A stretch of DNA of 64,000 bases from Patescibacteria group bacterium (GCA_025999275.1 AP024680.1:1957-65956); one strand, 5' to 3'. Shown: positions 50,482 to 61,189, counted from the first letter of the stretch. Notes: generated by a model from the sequence alone, not told the origin. Made by a program: numbers and translations.

Positions 50482-51387
50482 CTAAAAAAGACTTCCCTGA
50501 TTCTCTGAGACCAAGACCTTACCCAAATCCTTTACCCTTTTTGCAAGACTTTTAAAACCAAATTTCTCAAAAATATCCAAAACTGAAGGGCTATCAACTT
50601 GCCAATTCTTTAACTGCTCAAAATCAACCTCAAGCGGCACATCAGTTCTAATCCTTGCCAACTTGTAAGAAAGCTCGCCAGATTCTTTCCCTTTTAAGAG
50701 AATCTCTCTTGTCTTTGGGGTTAAATGATCAATATTTTCGTAAATTTCTTTAAAACCGCCAAACTCTTCAATTAACTTTATTGCTGTTTTTGGGCCGATA
50801 CCAACAACTCCTTGATAATTATCCGATGAGTCTCCAACTAAAGCTTTATAATCAACTATAAACTGAGGCAAAACACCCATTTTTTCTTTTACTCCTTCTT
50901 TATCTAAAATCTTGCCTTCGCTAATCCCTTTAACCAGAATAAACACCTTCGTTTTATCTGAAACCAGCTGCAATATATCCCTATCTCCGGTGACTATAAT
51001 TACTTCATCAATACTAGGGTTCTTTTCCGCTTTCCTCGCCAAAGTACCAATCACATCATCTGCCTCAAATCCAGCCACAGAAAAGATCTTTATTCCAAAA
51101 GCCTCAATTACCTCTTTGGCAAGTTCAACTTGGTTAATTAATTCCTTATCAGTTTCAGGTCTTTGGGCTTGATATGCTTCAAACATTTCCTGCCTAAAAG
51201 TCTTCTCCTTCCTATCAAGACAAACTGCCAAATAAACTGGTTTTAAATCATTAATAATTCTAAGAAGCATTGAGGTAAAACCATAAACCGCATTAACCTG
51301 GCCCACTCTTGAGGTCAAAGGAGGAAGAGCGTGGTATGCACGATGCAAAATTGCATGGCCATCAATAAGCACTAATTTTGAGGACAT
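50482..51387 (-). CDS. 5'-3' exonuclease (Pol I N-terminal-domain-like/FEN family)
   Basis: LVLIDGHAILHRAYHAL start. Acidic metal-site clusters. H3TH region. Confidence 0.8.
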   Translation of the reverse strand: MSSKLVLIDGHAILHRAYHALPPLTSRVGQVNAVYGFTSMLLRIINDLKPVYLAVCLDRKEKTFRQEMFEAYQAQRPETDKELINQVELAKEVIEAFGIKIFSVAGFEADDVIGTLARKAEKNPSIDEVIIVTGDRDILQLVSDKTKVFILVKGISEGKILDKEGVKEKMGVLPQFIVDYKALVGDSSDNYQGVVGIGPKTAIKLIEEFGGFKEIYENIDHLTPKTREILLKGKESGELSYKLARIRTDVPLEVDFEQLKNWQVDSPSVLDIFEKFGFKSLAKRVKDLGKVLVSENQGSLF

Positions 51388-51393
51388 AAAGAC

Positions 51394-53247
51394 CTATTTT
51401 TTCAAAACTAAAGACTCAAATTCGTCTCGAGTTAATGTTTCTTTCTTGAGAAGCTCTTTGACAACTAAATCTAACTTTTTCCTATTCTCTTTAACAATCC
51501 TCAAGGCTTCTTTATAACAAGAATCAACAATCTTCTTAATCTCAAAATCAACCTTCTCCTGCATAGCAGGGGAAATACTTGAAGGTTCATACCACTGAGT
51601 TTTGCCAAATTCATCAACATCATATTGAGGACCAAGATTAATAGGACCCAAGTCACTCATTCCAAATTCAACCACCATTGCCCTTGCCAAACTTGTTGCC
51701 TTATCAATATCATTTGAAGCACCAGATGTCATCTCATTGAAAACAACTTCTTCAGCTGCCCTACCGCCAAGCATGGCAGTAATCTGGCTTAATATTCTTG
51801 ATCTTGTCTCATGAGTTCTGTCAGCAGCAGGTGGGATAAGTGTGTGGCCCAGGCTCATACCACGAGCAACTATTGAGATTCGCTCAACAGGGTCCATGTT
51901 GGGTAAAAAGTGAGTAACTATTGCATGCCCTGCTTCATGATAGGCGGTAATTTTCTTGTCTTCCTCACTTTGTATTTTCCTCTTTGCAGGCCCAAGTTTT
52001 ACTTTTGTTGCAGCCTCCTCCAAATCTTCAATTTCAATTCCCCTTTTGTTGGCCCTAGCCGCCAAAATTGCTGCCTCATTTAACATATTCTCAAGGTCAG
52101 CTCCAGAAAAACCAACAGTCCTATCAGCAATTTTTCCCCAATCAACTTTTGTGGCAAACTTCTTACCTCGTGCATGAATCTTCAAAATTGCCTCCCTTCC
52201 CTCCTTATCAGGCATATCCAAAACCACTCTTCTGTCAAAACGACCTGGACGAAGAAGAGCTGGGTCAAGCAAATCACCTCTGTTTGTTGCCGCAATTACA
52301 ACCACATTATCATTTGGAGTAAAACCATCCATTTCAACCAAAATCTGATTTAAAGTTTGTTCCCTCTCATCATGACCACCAATAAAACCTCTCCCTCTCT
52401 GTCGGCCAATAGCATCAATCTCATCAATAAATATAATTGACGGTGCTGCAGCCTTAGCCTGAGCAAAAAGATCGCGAACACGCGAAGCACCAACTCCAAC
52501 CAACATTTCCATGAATTCAGACCCGGCCATTGAAAAGAACGGAACATCGGCTTCTCCAGCAACAGCCTTAGCAAGTAAAGTTTTACCAACCCCTGAAGGA
52601 CCGAAAAGCAAAACCCCCTTGGGTGTTCTTGCCCCGATCCGGCGATATTTAGCTGGGTTTTTCAAAAAATCAACAACTTCCTCAAGCTCTTTCTTGGCAT
52701 CATCAACCCCAGCTACATCAGAAAAAGTAACACTTTGTTTACCTTTAGCAAAAAGCTTAGCGCGAGACTTACCAAAGGAAAAAATATCACCTGCTGCCCT
52801 GTTTTGGGCTCTGATTATAAAAAGAAAGACCGCTGCAAAAAGAACAACCGGTATTATGGCTGCCAAAATTTCAGCCAAACCTTTAGACCAAGTTTGATCA
52901 ATCACTTTATAGTTTACCTTTGAAGGTTCAATCCCTTCCTTGGAAAGAAGATCAGAAAAACTTTCATTTGCCTCCTTAATAGAAATTCTCGAAGACCCAT
53001 CTTCATAATTAATAATTAATCTCTCGTTCTCAACTAATACTTCCTTTACCCTACCTTCCTTTATATCTATCAGCGCCTGGGAAATATCAATATTTTTCTC
53101 AGTCTTCTGAAGATCAAAAATACTAACTAAAAAGGGAAAAAAGAAAACCAGGAACAAAAAAAACAAAAACACCTTCCAAAGATTTATTTTTATATTAAAT
53201 TCAATACGTTTCCTCACAACAGGCATTTTACCTTTCTTTTTTATCAT
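51394..53247 (-). CDS. ftsH: ATP-dependent zinc metalloprotease FtsH
   Basis: GPSGVGKT Walker A, SRH, HEAGHA zinc motif. N-terminal TM. Confidence 0.9.
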   Translation of the reverse strand: MIKKKGKMPVVRKRIEFNIKINLWKVFLFFLFLVFFFPFLVSIFDLQKTEKNIDISQALIDIKEGRVKEVLVENERLIINYEDGSSRISIKEANESFSDLLSKEGIEPSKVNYKVIDQTWSKGLAEILAAIIPVVLFAAVFLFIIRAQNRAAGDIFSFGKSRAKLFAKGKQSVTFSDVAGVDDAKKELEEVVDFLKNPAKYRRIGARTPKGVLLFGPSGVGKTLLAKAVAGEADVPFFSMAGSEFMEMLVGVGASRVRDLFAQAKAAAPSIIFIDEIDAIGRQRGRGFIGGHDEREQTLNQILVEMDGFTPNDNVVVIAATNRGDLLDPALLRPGRFDRRVVLDMPDKEGREAILKIHARGKKFATKVDWGKIADRTVGFSGADLENMLNEAAILAARANKRGIEIEDLEEAATKVKLGPAKRKIQSEEDKKITAYHEAGHAIVTHFLPNMDPVERISIVARGMSLGHTLIPPAADRTHETRSRILSQITAMLGGRAAEEVVFNEMTSGASNDIDKATSLARAMVVEFGMSDLGPINLGPQYDVDEFGKTQWYEPSSISPAMQEKVDFEIKKIVDSCYKEALRIVKENRKKLDLVVKELLKKETLTRDEFESLVLKK

Positions 53248-53295
53248 ACGAGAGGCATTATACTACAAATCTAGAGAATATTAAAAATCTGCCCA

Positions 53296-53673
53296 TCAAC
53301 GCACTTTAGTGCCATTTGGAACCTTTTTTGAAAGAGTGAACAAAACAGGCTCTTCAGTTATTTCTTCATCATTAATAACAACTGGCTTATTTAAAACTGG
53401 CGATGCGGCAAGCAACATTCCTTGGGAAAAATCACCTTCAGGACCAATCTTTTTGGGTTCTAAATTAACCACAAATGGAAATTGCTTACCAATAAGGTCT
53501 TCAGCTTTAAAAAAATGCATAATGCCAGCAAAAATTGTTCTTTCCCCAATTTCAGGTCCAAAATCAACTATCAATTTCATCACCCAATGGCTCCACTTAG
53601 GCACCTCTGCCCTAACAACGGTCCCTATTCTAATGTCAACTTTTGAAAATTCTTCAAAAGAAACAGTTTTCAT
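53296..53673 (-). CDS. tRNA-binding-domain protein (CsaA/EMAP-like)
   Basis: VDIRIGTVV...KLIVDFG...FVVNLEPKKIG...SQGMLLA OB-fold tRNA_bind pattern. Confidence 0.55.
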   Translation of the reverse strand: MKTVSFEEFSKVDIRIGTVVRAEVPKWSHWVMKLIVDFGPEIGERTIFAGIMHFFKAEDLIGKQFPFVVNLEPKKIGPEGDFSQGMLLAASPVLNKPVVINDEEITEEPVLFTLSKKVPNGTKVR

Positions 53674-53674
53674 C

Positions 53675-54667
53675 TTATTTTAAAATCATAAACCCCATTT
53701 TCTCTTTAACCTCTTCAAGTACTTCGGATGCGATCTTTCTTGCTTTTTTAGCTCCATCAATAATAACGTCCTCCACATAACCCTTTTCTTTCTCAATCTT
53801 TCTTCTTTTTTCCTGAATTGGCAAAAGATCAGAGTAAATGGCTTCAGCTAGCGTTGTTTTTAGTTCTTGGTATCGAATTCCAGAAGATAAATAAGAAGAC
53901 TCGTATTCTTTTCTCTTTTCTTTTCCTAAAAAGATTTCAACAAACTTTAAAAGTGAGGCTACTCCTCCTTCCTTGGGAATTTCCTTACCACTGCCGCTAT
54001 CTGTTGGTACTTTAGCTAATTTTGATTTAATCTCTTCAAGAGAATCGGTCAAACCGATATAACTCCCTTCCACACTCTTGCTCATTTTGCCCTCACCAGT
54101 TAAAGAGGGAATATATTCACCTTCTGTTGCAAATCTTTTTGGCTCAGGAAAATCTGTGCCATACTTTTCATTCATTTTGCGCGCAATCTCTCGTGCAACT
54201 TCAATATGAGGCTCCTGGTCTATCCCAACCGGTACCAATTCCGCCTTATAGGCCAAAATATCAGCAGCCATTAAAACCGGATAGTTTAAAAGCGCCATAG
54301 TTACATCTTGAGGATACTGTTTCACCTTCTCTTTGTAGGTGGGCAAATGAAGCATTCTTGCCACCGTAACCGTCGAGGAAATTAAATGAGCCAAATAAGT
54401 ATGCTCAGGAACAAAAGATTGAACGGTAACTATTGATTTTTTAGGATCAAGACCACAAGCCAGATAATCAATAATCACATTCCTAGTATTTTCAGAAAGC
54501 GCTTCTTTATTAAAAGGTGTGGTAATTGCATGCAAATCCATCACCATATAAATAGTTTCCAAATCCTCCCTTTGGGCAAGCTCCAAATATCCTTTTACCC
54601 CACCCAAATAATTGCCAAGATGAAGATAGCCTGTGGGCCTTGAACCAGAAAAAACTCTCTTTTTCAT
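53675..54667 (-). CDS. trpS: tryptophanyl-tRNA synthetase
   Basis: PTGYLHLGNYLG (HIGH-type) and KMSKS. Confidence 0.9.
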   Translation of the reverse strand: MKKRVFSGSRPTGYLHLGNYLGGVKGYLELAQREDLETIYMVMDLHAITTPFNKEALSENTRNVIIDYLACGLDPKKSIVTVQSFVPEHTYLAHLISSTVTVARMLHLPTYKEKVKQYPQDVTMALLNYPVLMAADILAYKAELVPVGIDQEPHIEVAREIARKMNEKYGTDFPEPKRFATEGEYIPSLTGEGKMSKSVEGSYIGLTDSLEEIKSKLAKVPTDSGSGKEIPKEGGVASLLKFVEIFLGKEKRKEYESSYLSSGIRYQELKTTLAEAIYSDLLPIQEKRRKIEKEKGYVEDVIIDGAKKARKIASEVLEEVKEKMGFMILK

Positions 54668-54706
54668 AATCTTATGATACTCCTAATTGAAGCTAAATAA
54701 AATAGT

Positions 54707-55069
54707 TTATTTATTGTGCATCCTTTCTTCAAAGCCATCAATGAGGCTAATAATTCTTTCTGCCATTTCTTGGGTCGTTTCTTCCCTTCTAGGGACAATA
54801 AAAATAATATCACCATGTCGATGTCGCTCTGGATGCTTGTCCAGTTCCCACATTACACCCCCCATAGAGCTCTTAACCGACAGTTTGTAATTCTTAGAGC
54901 CCACTCTTACCAGAAAATCAATCCCTTTCCTATCGAGATCTTGGTTTCTCTCAAAACCATCTATTGCACCATAACTAAGAAGAAGAGAAATAGCAGATAA
55001 AACTTTCGATTCACTCCTCTCACCTCTTTCGCGGCGAACATGTCTAACTAATGATTCGATAGAACCCAT
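54707..55069 (-). CDS. hypothetical protein
   Basis: 120-aa ORF. No recognisable motifs. Confidence 0.3.
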   Translation of the reverse strand: MGSIESLVRHVRRERGERSESKVLSAISLLLSYGAIDGFERNQDLDRKGIDFLVRVGSKNYKLSVKSSMGGVMWELDKHPERHRHGDIIFIVPRREETTQEMAERIISLIDGFEERMHNK

Positions 55070-55101
55070 TTAATTACCTGAGCAGCTCTAACAATAACTA
55101 G

Positions 55102-55174
55102 TGCCAGGGGTGGGATTCGAACCCACGATCTTCGCGTTATGAATGCGCTGCTCTAACCACTGAGCTACCCTGGC
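55102..55174 (-). tRNA. tRNA with CAT anticodon (Met, or Ile2 if lysidinylated)
   Basis: Acceptor GCCAGGG/CCCTGGC. D-arm TAGCTCAGTGGTTAGAGCA. Anticodon loop tTCATAa. Weak anticodon stem (3 WC pairs). Confidence 0.65.
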
Positions 55175-55184
55175 CTACATATAT

Positions 55185-55660
55185 TTTATCAATTTACAAG
55201 CGAAAAATAAAACAACAACAGCAAGTAGAATGTAGAAAGTAGTAAGGGGAAAAAGAATTAAGATTTATGATTTATGATTTAAGATTTACGAATAATGAAT
55301 TAAGGGGTATGAATTATGGGAAAATAATTCAAAAGTCAAAAGTCAAAAGTCAAAATTACAAATTAAAAGTCAAAAGTTTTCTTAGATAATTAAATAATTT
55401 TAAATTTTGAATTGTATTTTTGAATTTTGCCTTTTGACTTTTGACTTAGATCTGTTAGGTGTCAAGCTATTTTTACGGAAGGTGTCAACCTAAGACACCC
55501 TTAAGGTGTCCTTTGAAAAAGCCTCGACCAACCCCTCTGTAGGCGGGGACCAACTTCGACCAATCTCTACAGCTGATAGCAGAGAGCTGAAAGCAGATAT
55601 CCGGTTTCTTCTTCCTTTCATTGAACTATCCGCCAATTGTTGCTATAATCTGTGATGTCA
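55185..55660. repeat. R-family repeat copy between two tRNA genes
   Basis: gtagtaagggg, aagatttatgatttatgatt, caaaagtcaaaagtcaaaagtcaaaa, ataattaaataatttt, ggtgtcaacctaagacaccc, ctgtaggcggggaccaacttcgac. Confidence 0.65.
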
Positions 55661-55666
55661 GTCTCA

Positions 55667-55736
55667 TGCGGGGTAGTGTACGGCTGCACGGAAGGCTCAT
55701 AATCTTCCAGACTGGGTTCGATCCCCAGCCCCGCAA
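55667..55736 (+). tRNA. second CAT-anticodon tRNA (short D-arm)
   Basis: Acceptor TGCGGGG/CCCCGCA. Anticodon loop cTCATAa. TTCGATC T-loop. tataat-like box ~25 nt upstream. 70 nt, so should be checked with tRNAscan-SE. Confidence 0.5.
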
Positions 55737-55743
55737 CACAAGA

Positions 55744-56160
55744 CTAAAACCCAAAAAAATCAAGCCACTTTTTCCAATTTGTTTGCTCTGTTACCTCTTC
55801 TTTTGTATAAATATTGGGAACAAAACTCTTAAGAGTTTCCTCATCAGGTAAAACAACCACTTTCTCGCCCTCCTTCGACATCCCTAAACTATCCCTTAGT
55901 TGTTTTTCAATATAAGAGTCAGAGCTAATTTCTTTAAGCCTATTTTTAATTTCTTCATTCTTCTTTTTCAAATCATTAATTTCCCTCTCTTTCTCAGCAA
56001 TCTTTTCTTTAGCCTTTTTCAGCTTTGAAAAATTCCTAAAGAAAGCCCCAATAATCAAAATGGATAAAATCAGAAGTCCAATGGTAATCAGTTTTGGCAC
56101 AAAGGCCGACCTCCTTCCACCTCTCTCATCTATCTCCAGACTAGAAAATCTTAGACCCAT
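55744..56160 (-). CDS. FtsB/DivIC-like septum-formation coiled-coil membrane protein
   Basis: Single TM followed by a K/E-rich coiled coil. Confidence 0.45.
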   Translation of the reverse strand: MGLRFSSLEIDERGGRRSAFVPKLITIGLLILSILIIGAFFRNFSKLKKAKEKIAEKEREINDLKKKNEEIKNRLKEISSDSYIEKQLRDSLGMSKEGEKVVVLPDEETLKSFVPNIYTKEEVTEQTNWKKWLDFFGF

Positions 56161-56208
56161 AGTTATTTTAAAAATATTGATATTATTTCTAAAAGTGGTA
56201 TCATATAG

Positions 56209-57102
56209 TTGTTAATCTTCTGCCAAAAAAACATGACTGATCAAATTTTAATCAAAAATCTGCTCCCAGAATTCATAAAAAGCTTAAGTGATAAAGGTCG
56301 TTCCCCTTCTACTATTATAGCCTATCGGGCCGACCTCGAGCAGTTCGTGGATTTTGCCGAAAAAAAACAAAAACCATATCCACAATCAATAGGAAGTGAT
56401 TTGATTGCTGCTTACCGAGATCTACTACTTGCTGATAAATACACAGCTAAAACGGTTTCAAGAAAACTAAATGCGATAAAAACTTTCTTTAAATTTCTAG
56501 TCGAACAAGGCCACATCTCAACCAACCCAGCCCAAGAAGTAGCTCACCCCAAGATGGAGCCTTCAAAACCCAAATTCCTTTCCAAACTTGAATATCGCGC
56601 TCTTAGAGATACCGTAAGAGACGATATAAGAACAGCAGCCATTGTGGAATTAATTTTACAAACAGGTTTGAGAATTTCAGAAGTAGCAAACTTGAAACTT
56701 GCCAACGTAAAGGATGACGAAATTAAAGTCGAAGCTTATGCAAGCCAGCCTGAAAGAACAATTCCTCTTAATAAAAGAGCAAAAGAGGCTCTTGACAATT
56801 ATCTTAAAAAAGAAAGGCCAAAAGCTGATTCACCATATTTCTTCATCAGCAAGAATGGCAAACCCTTAGCAATAAGAAATATCAGATCAACTATTAATAG
56901 GTATATACAAAAAGCAGAAATGCCAAGTTATACCATAAACGATCTGCGCACCACCTTTATAGTTGAAAATCTAAAGGCTGGAGTTAATCTGGTCTTGCTT
57001 TCTCAAATCGCCGGTCATAAAAGACTTTCAACCACAGAAAGCTATCTTGAGCTTGCAGGAATAAAAGAGCCGGGAAATAAGCAGGAGCTAGAAGAGCTAT
57101 AA
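56209..57102 (+). CDS. tyrosine recombinase (XerC/XerD-like)
   Basis: N-terminal SAM-like core-binding domain. Catalytic R..(GLRISE)...HxxR...Y (AGHKRLSTTESY). Confidence 0.8.
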   Translation: MLIFCQKNMTDQILIKNLLPEFIKSLSDKGRSPSTIIAYRADLEQFVDFAEKKQKPYPQSIGSDLIAAYRDLLLADKYTAKTVSRKLNAIKTFFKFLVEQGHISTNPAQEVAHPKMEPSKPKFLSKLEYRALRDTVRDDIRTAAIVELILQTGLRISEVANLKLANVKDDEIKVEAYASQPERTIPLNKRAKEALDNYLKKERPKADSPYFFISKNGKPLAIRNIRSTINRYIQKAEMPSYTINDLRTTFIVENLKAGVNLVLLSQIAGHKRLSTTESYLELAGIKEPGNKQELEEL

Positions 57103-57277
57103 AAACATCAAATACAGACTTCCTCGAAATAACTCAAAACCTCTTAGAAGAGAGTAGTGAATATAAACATAAATCAAAGCTAAATCTAGCAAAATCACGG
57201 CCAAAAACAAGTTTTTGCAATTTGGTTGAGAAAATTCTGATAAATTTCATTAAAGCAAAAAATTTTTCCGAAAGCCA

Positions 57278-58084
57278 TTAATAAGATACTGGACTCCTGA
57301 CCTTCCACCCGTCCACCCCAAATCCCGACATCTTTTCAAGAACATGGTTTGTTAATCTTTCATAAAGCTTAAGTGCTTGTTTTTTATCATTCTCAATTAG
57401 AGCCTTCTTAATCATATCTTGAAACAATTTATCTGGAAAAACAGGAAGCAAGTACTTATCTCTCACTTTCTTTTCTGTAAAAATTTCCAAAGCCTTATGC
57501 TCTTTGATTATTGGATAACGAACAAACTTGCAATATTGTTGAATCAGTTTGTTCAACATATTATGGTAAATAAACCAAAAATGTGGAGCTTCTTCTTCAT
57601 AGGCATCCTGCAAATTGTCTAACATATCCCAAATGGCATATTTGTTTAATTCTTGAACCACTCTTGACTGCTTTGAAAATTTTTTGCCATACCATTTTTT
57701 CGCTTCTTGTTTGAGTTTATTAATTGTCCCATCATCAAAAAGTATTTTGCCAGTTAAGAATTGGATAACAGCCATTTGAACTTTTTCTTCATAATCCTCC
57801 TTGAAATATTGAATAATTTGCTCTGGTGGATTAACAAAATACTCTATAAGAAAACCGTCAACAATTTTATTGCCTCGCTCTCGCCATTTAGTTCCATCTT
57901 TAAGAACAATATGCAAATCAATATCAGAATGTTTTGTTGGGTTACCAACTACAAAACTACCACAAACAAGGGCCCCAACAACCTCTTTTTTATTCCTCCA
58001 CGATTTTAGAAACTTGTTCAACGCTATTTCCCAATTTTGCATCGCTATATTAAATGAGACACCTACATTCAAAAGTATAAACAA
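57278..58084 (-). CDS. Pol-beta-superfamily nucleotidyltransferase (ANT/KNTase-like) with helical C-terminal domain
   Basis: GS-x10-DIDL (VCGSFVVGNPTKHSDIDLHIV). 268 aa. Confidence 0.5.
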   Translation of the reverse strand: MFILLNVGVSFNIAMQNWEIALNKFLKSWRNKKEVVGALVCGSFVVGNPTKHSDIDLHIVLKDGTKWRERGNKIVDGFLIEYFVNPPEQIIQYFKEDYEEKVQMAVIQFLTGKILFDDGTINKLKQEAKKWYGKKFSKQSRVVQELNKYAIWDMLDNLQDAYEEEAPHFWFIYHNMLNKLIQQYCKFVRYPIIKEHKALEIFTEKKVRDKYLLPVFPDKLFQDMIKKALIENDKKQALKLYERLTNHVLEKMSGFGVDGWKVRSPVSY

Positions 58085-58353
58085 ATCAAGATAAATAAAG
58101 CAAATTATAGTGTATGCGATGTTTTATACCTCTCCTTATTATTTTACGAGAGTAGAGATGATAAAAATACAATCAACGGCCAACTTTGAGCTTTAACTAC
58201 CCAGTTTTGCCAAAACAAAATTGCGGTATTGTGCAATAAAGAACAATTAAACCATAAATTGATTTAAAAAATCCTTAATCTAATCTCAAAAACTAAAAAA
58301 CTATAAAATTAGAATAAGAGGTAAATGCAAAAGGATAACCAGCTAAATATGGG

Positions 58354-58424
58354 TGGAGCCGGAGGGAATCGAACCCCCGTGTCGACTTTATAAGAGTCGT
58401 GTCCTGCCATTGAACGACGGCTCC
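58354..58424 (-). tRNA. tRNA with TAT anticodon (putative tRNA-Ile reading AUA)
   Basis: Acceptor GGAGCCG/CGGCTCC. Anticodon stem cgact/agtcg with loop cTTATAa. TTCGATT T-loop. Confidence 0.55.
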
Positions 58425-58509
58425 AGATTAACAAGTAGTATTTATTATAGCTTCCCAAAGCCAAAGAGGCAAACACAAGCTGGACAGGGACCGACCTTGT
58501 CCTAAGATT

Positions 58510-60843
58510 CTAAAGCCTCGCTCTTCTTGCAATCTCAGCTTCAACTTCTCTTACATCACGACCATATTTAAGTCTGCTCATTTCCTTAATAATTTGGGCC
58601 ACCCTGGGGTTTTCCTGTTTCTTAATCTCAGCCATATCTTTTGTGGTATCAATTGAAAATGGTGGTACTGGTTCGTTGTGAACAATGGTTTTAACAAAAG
58701 CATTAAATCGCTCAATATTCAAAAGATCCTCCTCAGAAAATACTGGTGCAAATTCACGAGCAAGATATGAAGCATCAGTCACACCCACACGGAAGGAAAT
58801 CTTTGTCCCAACATTCCCAAAAACAGCATTTTTAACTTCCTCTTCCATTTGTCCAATAAACTGATTAGCCACACAAAGATTAAGCCTGTACTTTCTTGCT
58901 TCAGACAAAATTACAGCAAAATCAGGTGTGGCAAAATTTTGAAACTCGTCAACATAAAGATAAAAATCACGCCTTTGATCCTCTGGAGTATCTTGCCTAC
59001 TCATTGCCGCCATTAAGATTCTCGGCACCAAAATTAGCCCTAAGAAACTAGAGTTCTCCTCACCCAATTCTCCTTTGGCCAAATCAATAAGTAAAATCTT
59101 TCCTTGATCCATTACTTCACGAAAAGAAAAAGAAGATTTCGACTGGCCAATAATATTTCTCATCATCCTGTTTGTAACAAAACGACCAAACTTTGAGACC
59201 GTATAGTCCAAAACCTCAGACTTATGAAAATCAGCAGTTTGAGCAATCTGATCAGTCCAATACCTTCTTACCATTGGATCTGTAACCTTTGGTAAAAGCT
59301 CCTGAACAAAACGAGAGTCAGTCATAATACGCACAACTTCAATAAATGTGTTTCCCTCCTCAGCCATTGCCGTTAGCATCGCATTTCTAACACCATGCTC
59401 AAATCTAGGACCAACAATACCGGTTTTATAAGGATCAAAAAGCTTGTACATTAAGTTAATAACAGAGGTGGCTACAAAATGCTTCTGATCCTCTGTTTTC
59501 GCCTCAAGAAGATTTAGTCCCATCGGCCGTTCAGTATCTGCAGGATTAAAGTAAATAACATCTTCTACTCTTTCTGGAGGAATCAATGGTAAAAGTTGGC
59601 GAACTGTATCATGAGGATCAATAAAACAAATTCCCTTTCCCTCCTTTATATCCTGAAGCATCATTTGTTTTAACAGCTCCGACTTCCCTGTTCCTGTCGC
59701 ACCAATTATGTAAATGTGTCTTCTCCTGTCATCATCAGAAATACAAACCCTCCTTTTAATACCTCTAAAAACACTCATACCCAAAAACAAACCTTCCTCT
59801 GGAACCTGACTCGGAGCAGGCGCCCTTTTTGCATTCAACCACTGAATATTGGGCGTGGTAATACTTCTGTTAGGAAAATGGAAAATAGTCGCCAACTCCT
59901 CAGAATTCAAAATGGAAGGGCGATTACCCCAAAAATGAAACATAGGCTGATACCTATAAAGAAAATCTTCCATAAAAGAGGCTTTATGGCGAATCTTTCT
60001 TGATTTAAAACCATTAAATTCACTCGAGAATTGCTCAAAAGTAGCACTAATATTTCCTAAATGAGTCTTAGCAAGCTCAGAAGTAGGAGAAACAACCACT
60101 GCTCTTATTGATACCTCAAAACCAGGCTTGCTAATTTTATTTTCAACTGCTTCAAGAGCCTTTCCTGAAACACTAAACTTAGCCTTTTCCGGATCAGACT
60201 CTCTTTTTTTTGTTTCAGAAATAAAACTGGAGCCATCTTTTTGCCACTTTGACTCAGCAGGAGAAATCAAAATTTGAATCGCCGCTGCCTCATTTTCACC
60301 CATTTTAGCTAAAACAGAAGTAATGGAAGATAAAGGATCAACGGGCAAATCTTTAAAAGTCTTAATAGGTTTATAATTCTCAGCTCTTAACTGGAAAGAT
60401 TTGTAAGCAACCTTCCCATCCTCAGTAAAAATATTATATTCTGGAACCTCTACAATTTCTGCATCAGGATAGGCACCATTAATCTGTTTTTCCACCATAT
60501 CCTTAAATTTAGTCGGACACCAAACATAAAAATTAATCGAACCCTCACGAGCAACAATTTCAAAACTAATCGAGGGTTGAAAAGAAAACTTCTGCTTCCA
60601 ACCGCCTTTCTTAATAGAAAATAATGAGGCAAAAACCTGCTCCATAGCATCTATCTTGACTTCATTTGAACGCGGCACTAAAACACGAAGAAGAACTGAA
60701 TCTATAGAATCTTTTTCCCTTCCCCGCCACCTAAAAAGGGTAAAAACAACAAAACCAAATCCGGTCAATAAAAAGGTTGCAAAAAGAAAAATAACAATAA
60801 AGAAAAGAATGGTATTAATATCAGGCATTAACTCCACCTCCAA
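58510..60843 (-). CDS. T4SS coupling-protein/VirB4-type P-loop ATPase with N-terminal TM segment (paralog of 19922..22114)
   Basis: RRRHIYIIGATGTGKSE, FIDPHD, FNPAD, LYVDEFQNF, RKYRLNLCVANQ, FGNVGTKISF. N-terminal hydrophobic stretch ILFFIVIFLFATFLLTGFGFVVFTLF. Confidence 0.65.
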   Translation of the reverse strand: MEVELMPDINTILFFIVIFLFATFLLTGFGFVVFTLFRWRGREKDSIDSVLLRVLVPRSNEVKIDAMEQVFASLFSIKKGGWKQKFSFQPSISFEIVAREGSINFYVWCPTKFKDMVEKQINGAYPDAEIVEVPEYNIFTEDGKVAYKSFQLRAENYKPIKTFKDLPVDPLSSITSVLAKMGENEAAAIQILISPAESKWQKDGSSFISETKKRESDPEKAKFSVSGKALEAVENKISKPGFEVSIRAVVVSPTSELAKTHLGNISATFEQFSSEFNGFKSRKIRHKASFMEDFLYRYQPMFHFWGNRPSILNSEELATIFHFPNRSITTPNIQWLNAKRAPAPSQVPEEGLFLGMSVFRGIKRRVCISDDDRRRHIYIIGATGTGKSELLKQMMLQDIKEGKGICFIDPHDTVRQLLPLIPPERVEDVIYFNPADTERPMGLNLLEAKTEDQKHFVATSVINLMYKLFDPYKTGIVGPRFEHGVRNAMLTAMAEEGNTFIEVVRIMTDSRFVQELLPKVTDPMVRRYWTDQIAQTADFHKSEVLDYTVSKFGRFVTNRMMRNIIGQSKSSFSFREVMDQGKILLIDLAKGELGEENSSFLGLILVPRILMAAMSRQDTPEDQRRDFYLYVDEFQNFATPDFAVILSEARKYRLNLCVANQFIGQMEEEVKNAVFGNVGTKISFRVGVTDASYLAREFAPVFSEEDLLNIERFNAFVKTIVHNEPVPPFSIDTTKDMAEIKKQENPRVAQIIKEMSRLKYGRDVREVEAEIARRARL

Positions 60844-61189
60844 TCTTTGTTTTAGCCAAACTTACTACCTGCCAACCAAAATGTCTAGCCTTTTCTATCA
60901 GCCTTAAAAAGAATTTAGCCAACCATGTTTTGGAATCGTCTATATCACCCTTACTCTCCTGAACCAAAACATCCTCACTCCTTGGTAATTCAACAACCAC
61001 TTCTTTAGTCTCAGGAGTACTAATCAAAGGCATACCCTGACTATCAGTTACCTGACTCTTAAACTGAGTTTGAGTAACCTGCACACCCGGAGCAATTTTT
61101 TCTATTTTTTCAGAAAGAGTCTCTGGTCTTACAACAATATCCTGTTCTCCAGGAGATAAAATTGGTTCCTTTTCAAGGGGTGTGGCCAT
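60821..61189 (-). CDS. hypothetical protein translationally coupled (23-nt overlap) to the downstream ATPase
   Basis: 122-aa ORF, no TM, acidic middle. Confidence 0.4.
   Translation of the reverse strand: MATPLEKEPILSPGEQDIVVRPETLSEKIEKIAPGVQVTQTQFKSQVTDSQGMPLISTPETKEVVVELPRSEDVLVQESKGDIDDSKTWLAKFFLRLIEKARHFGWQVVSLAKTKIGGGVNA

Noticed and set aside
57278-58084. Nucleotidyltransferase as a CBASS-type cyclase or a toxin-antitoxin NTase
   Set aside because: No effector gene or HEPN-type partner is adjacent. The GS-x10-DxD motif is generic to the Pol-beta superfamily. ANT/KNTase-like is the more economical call.
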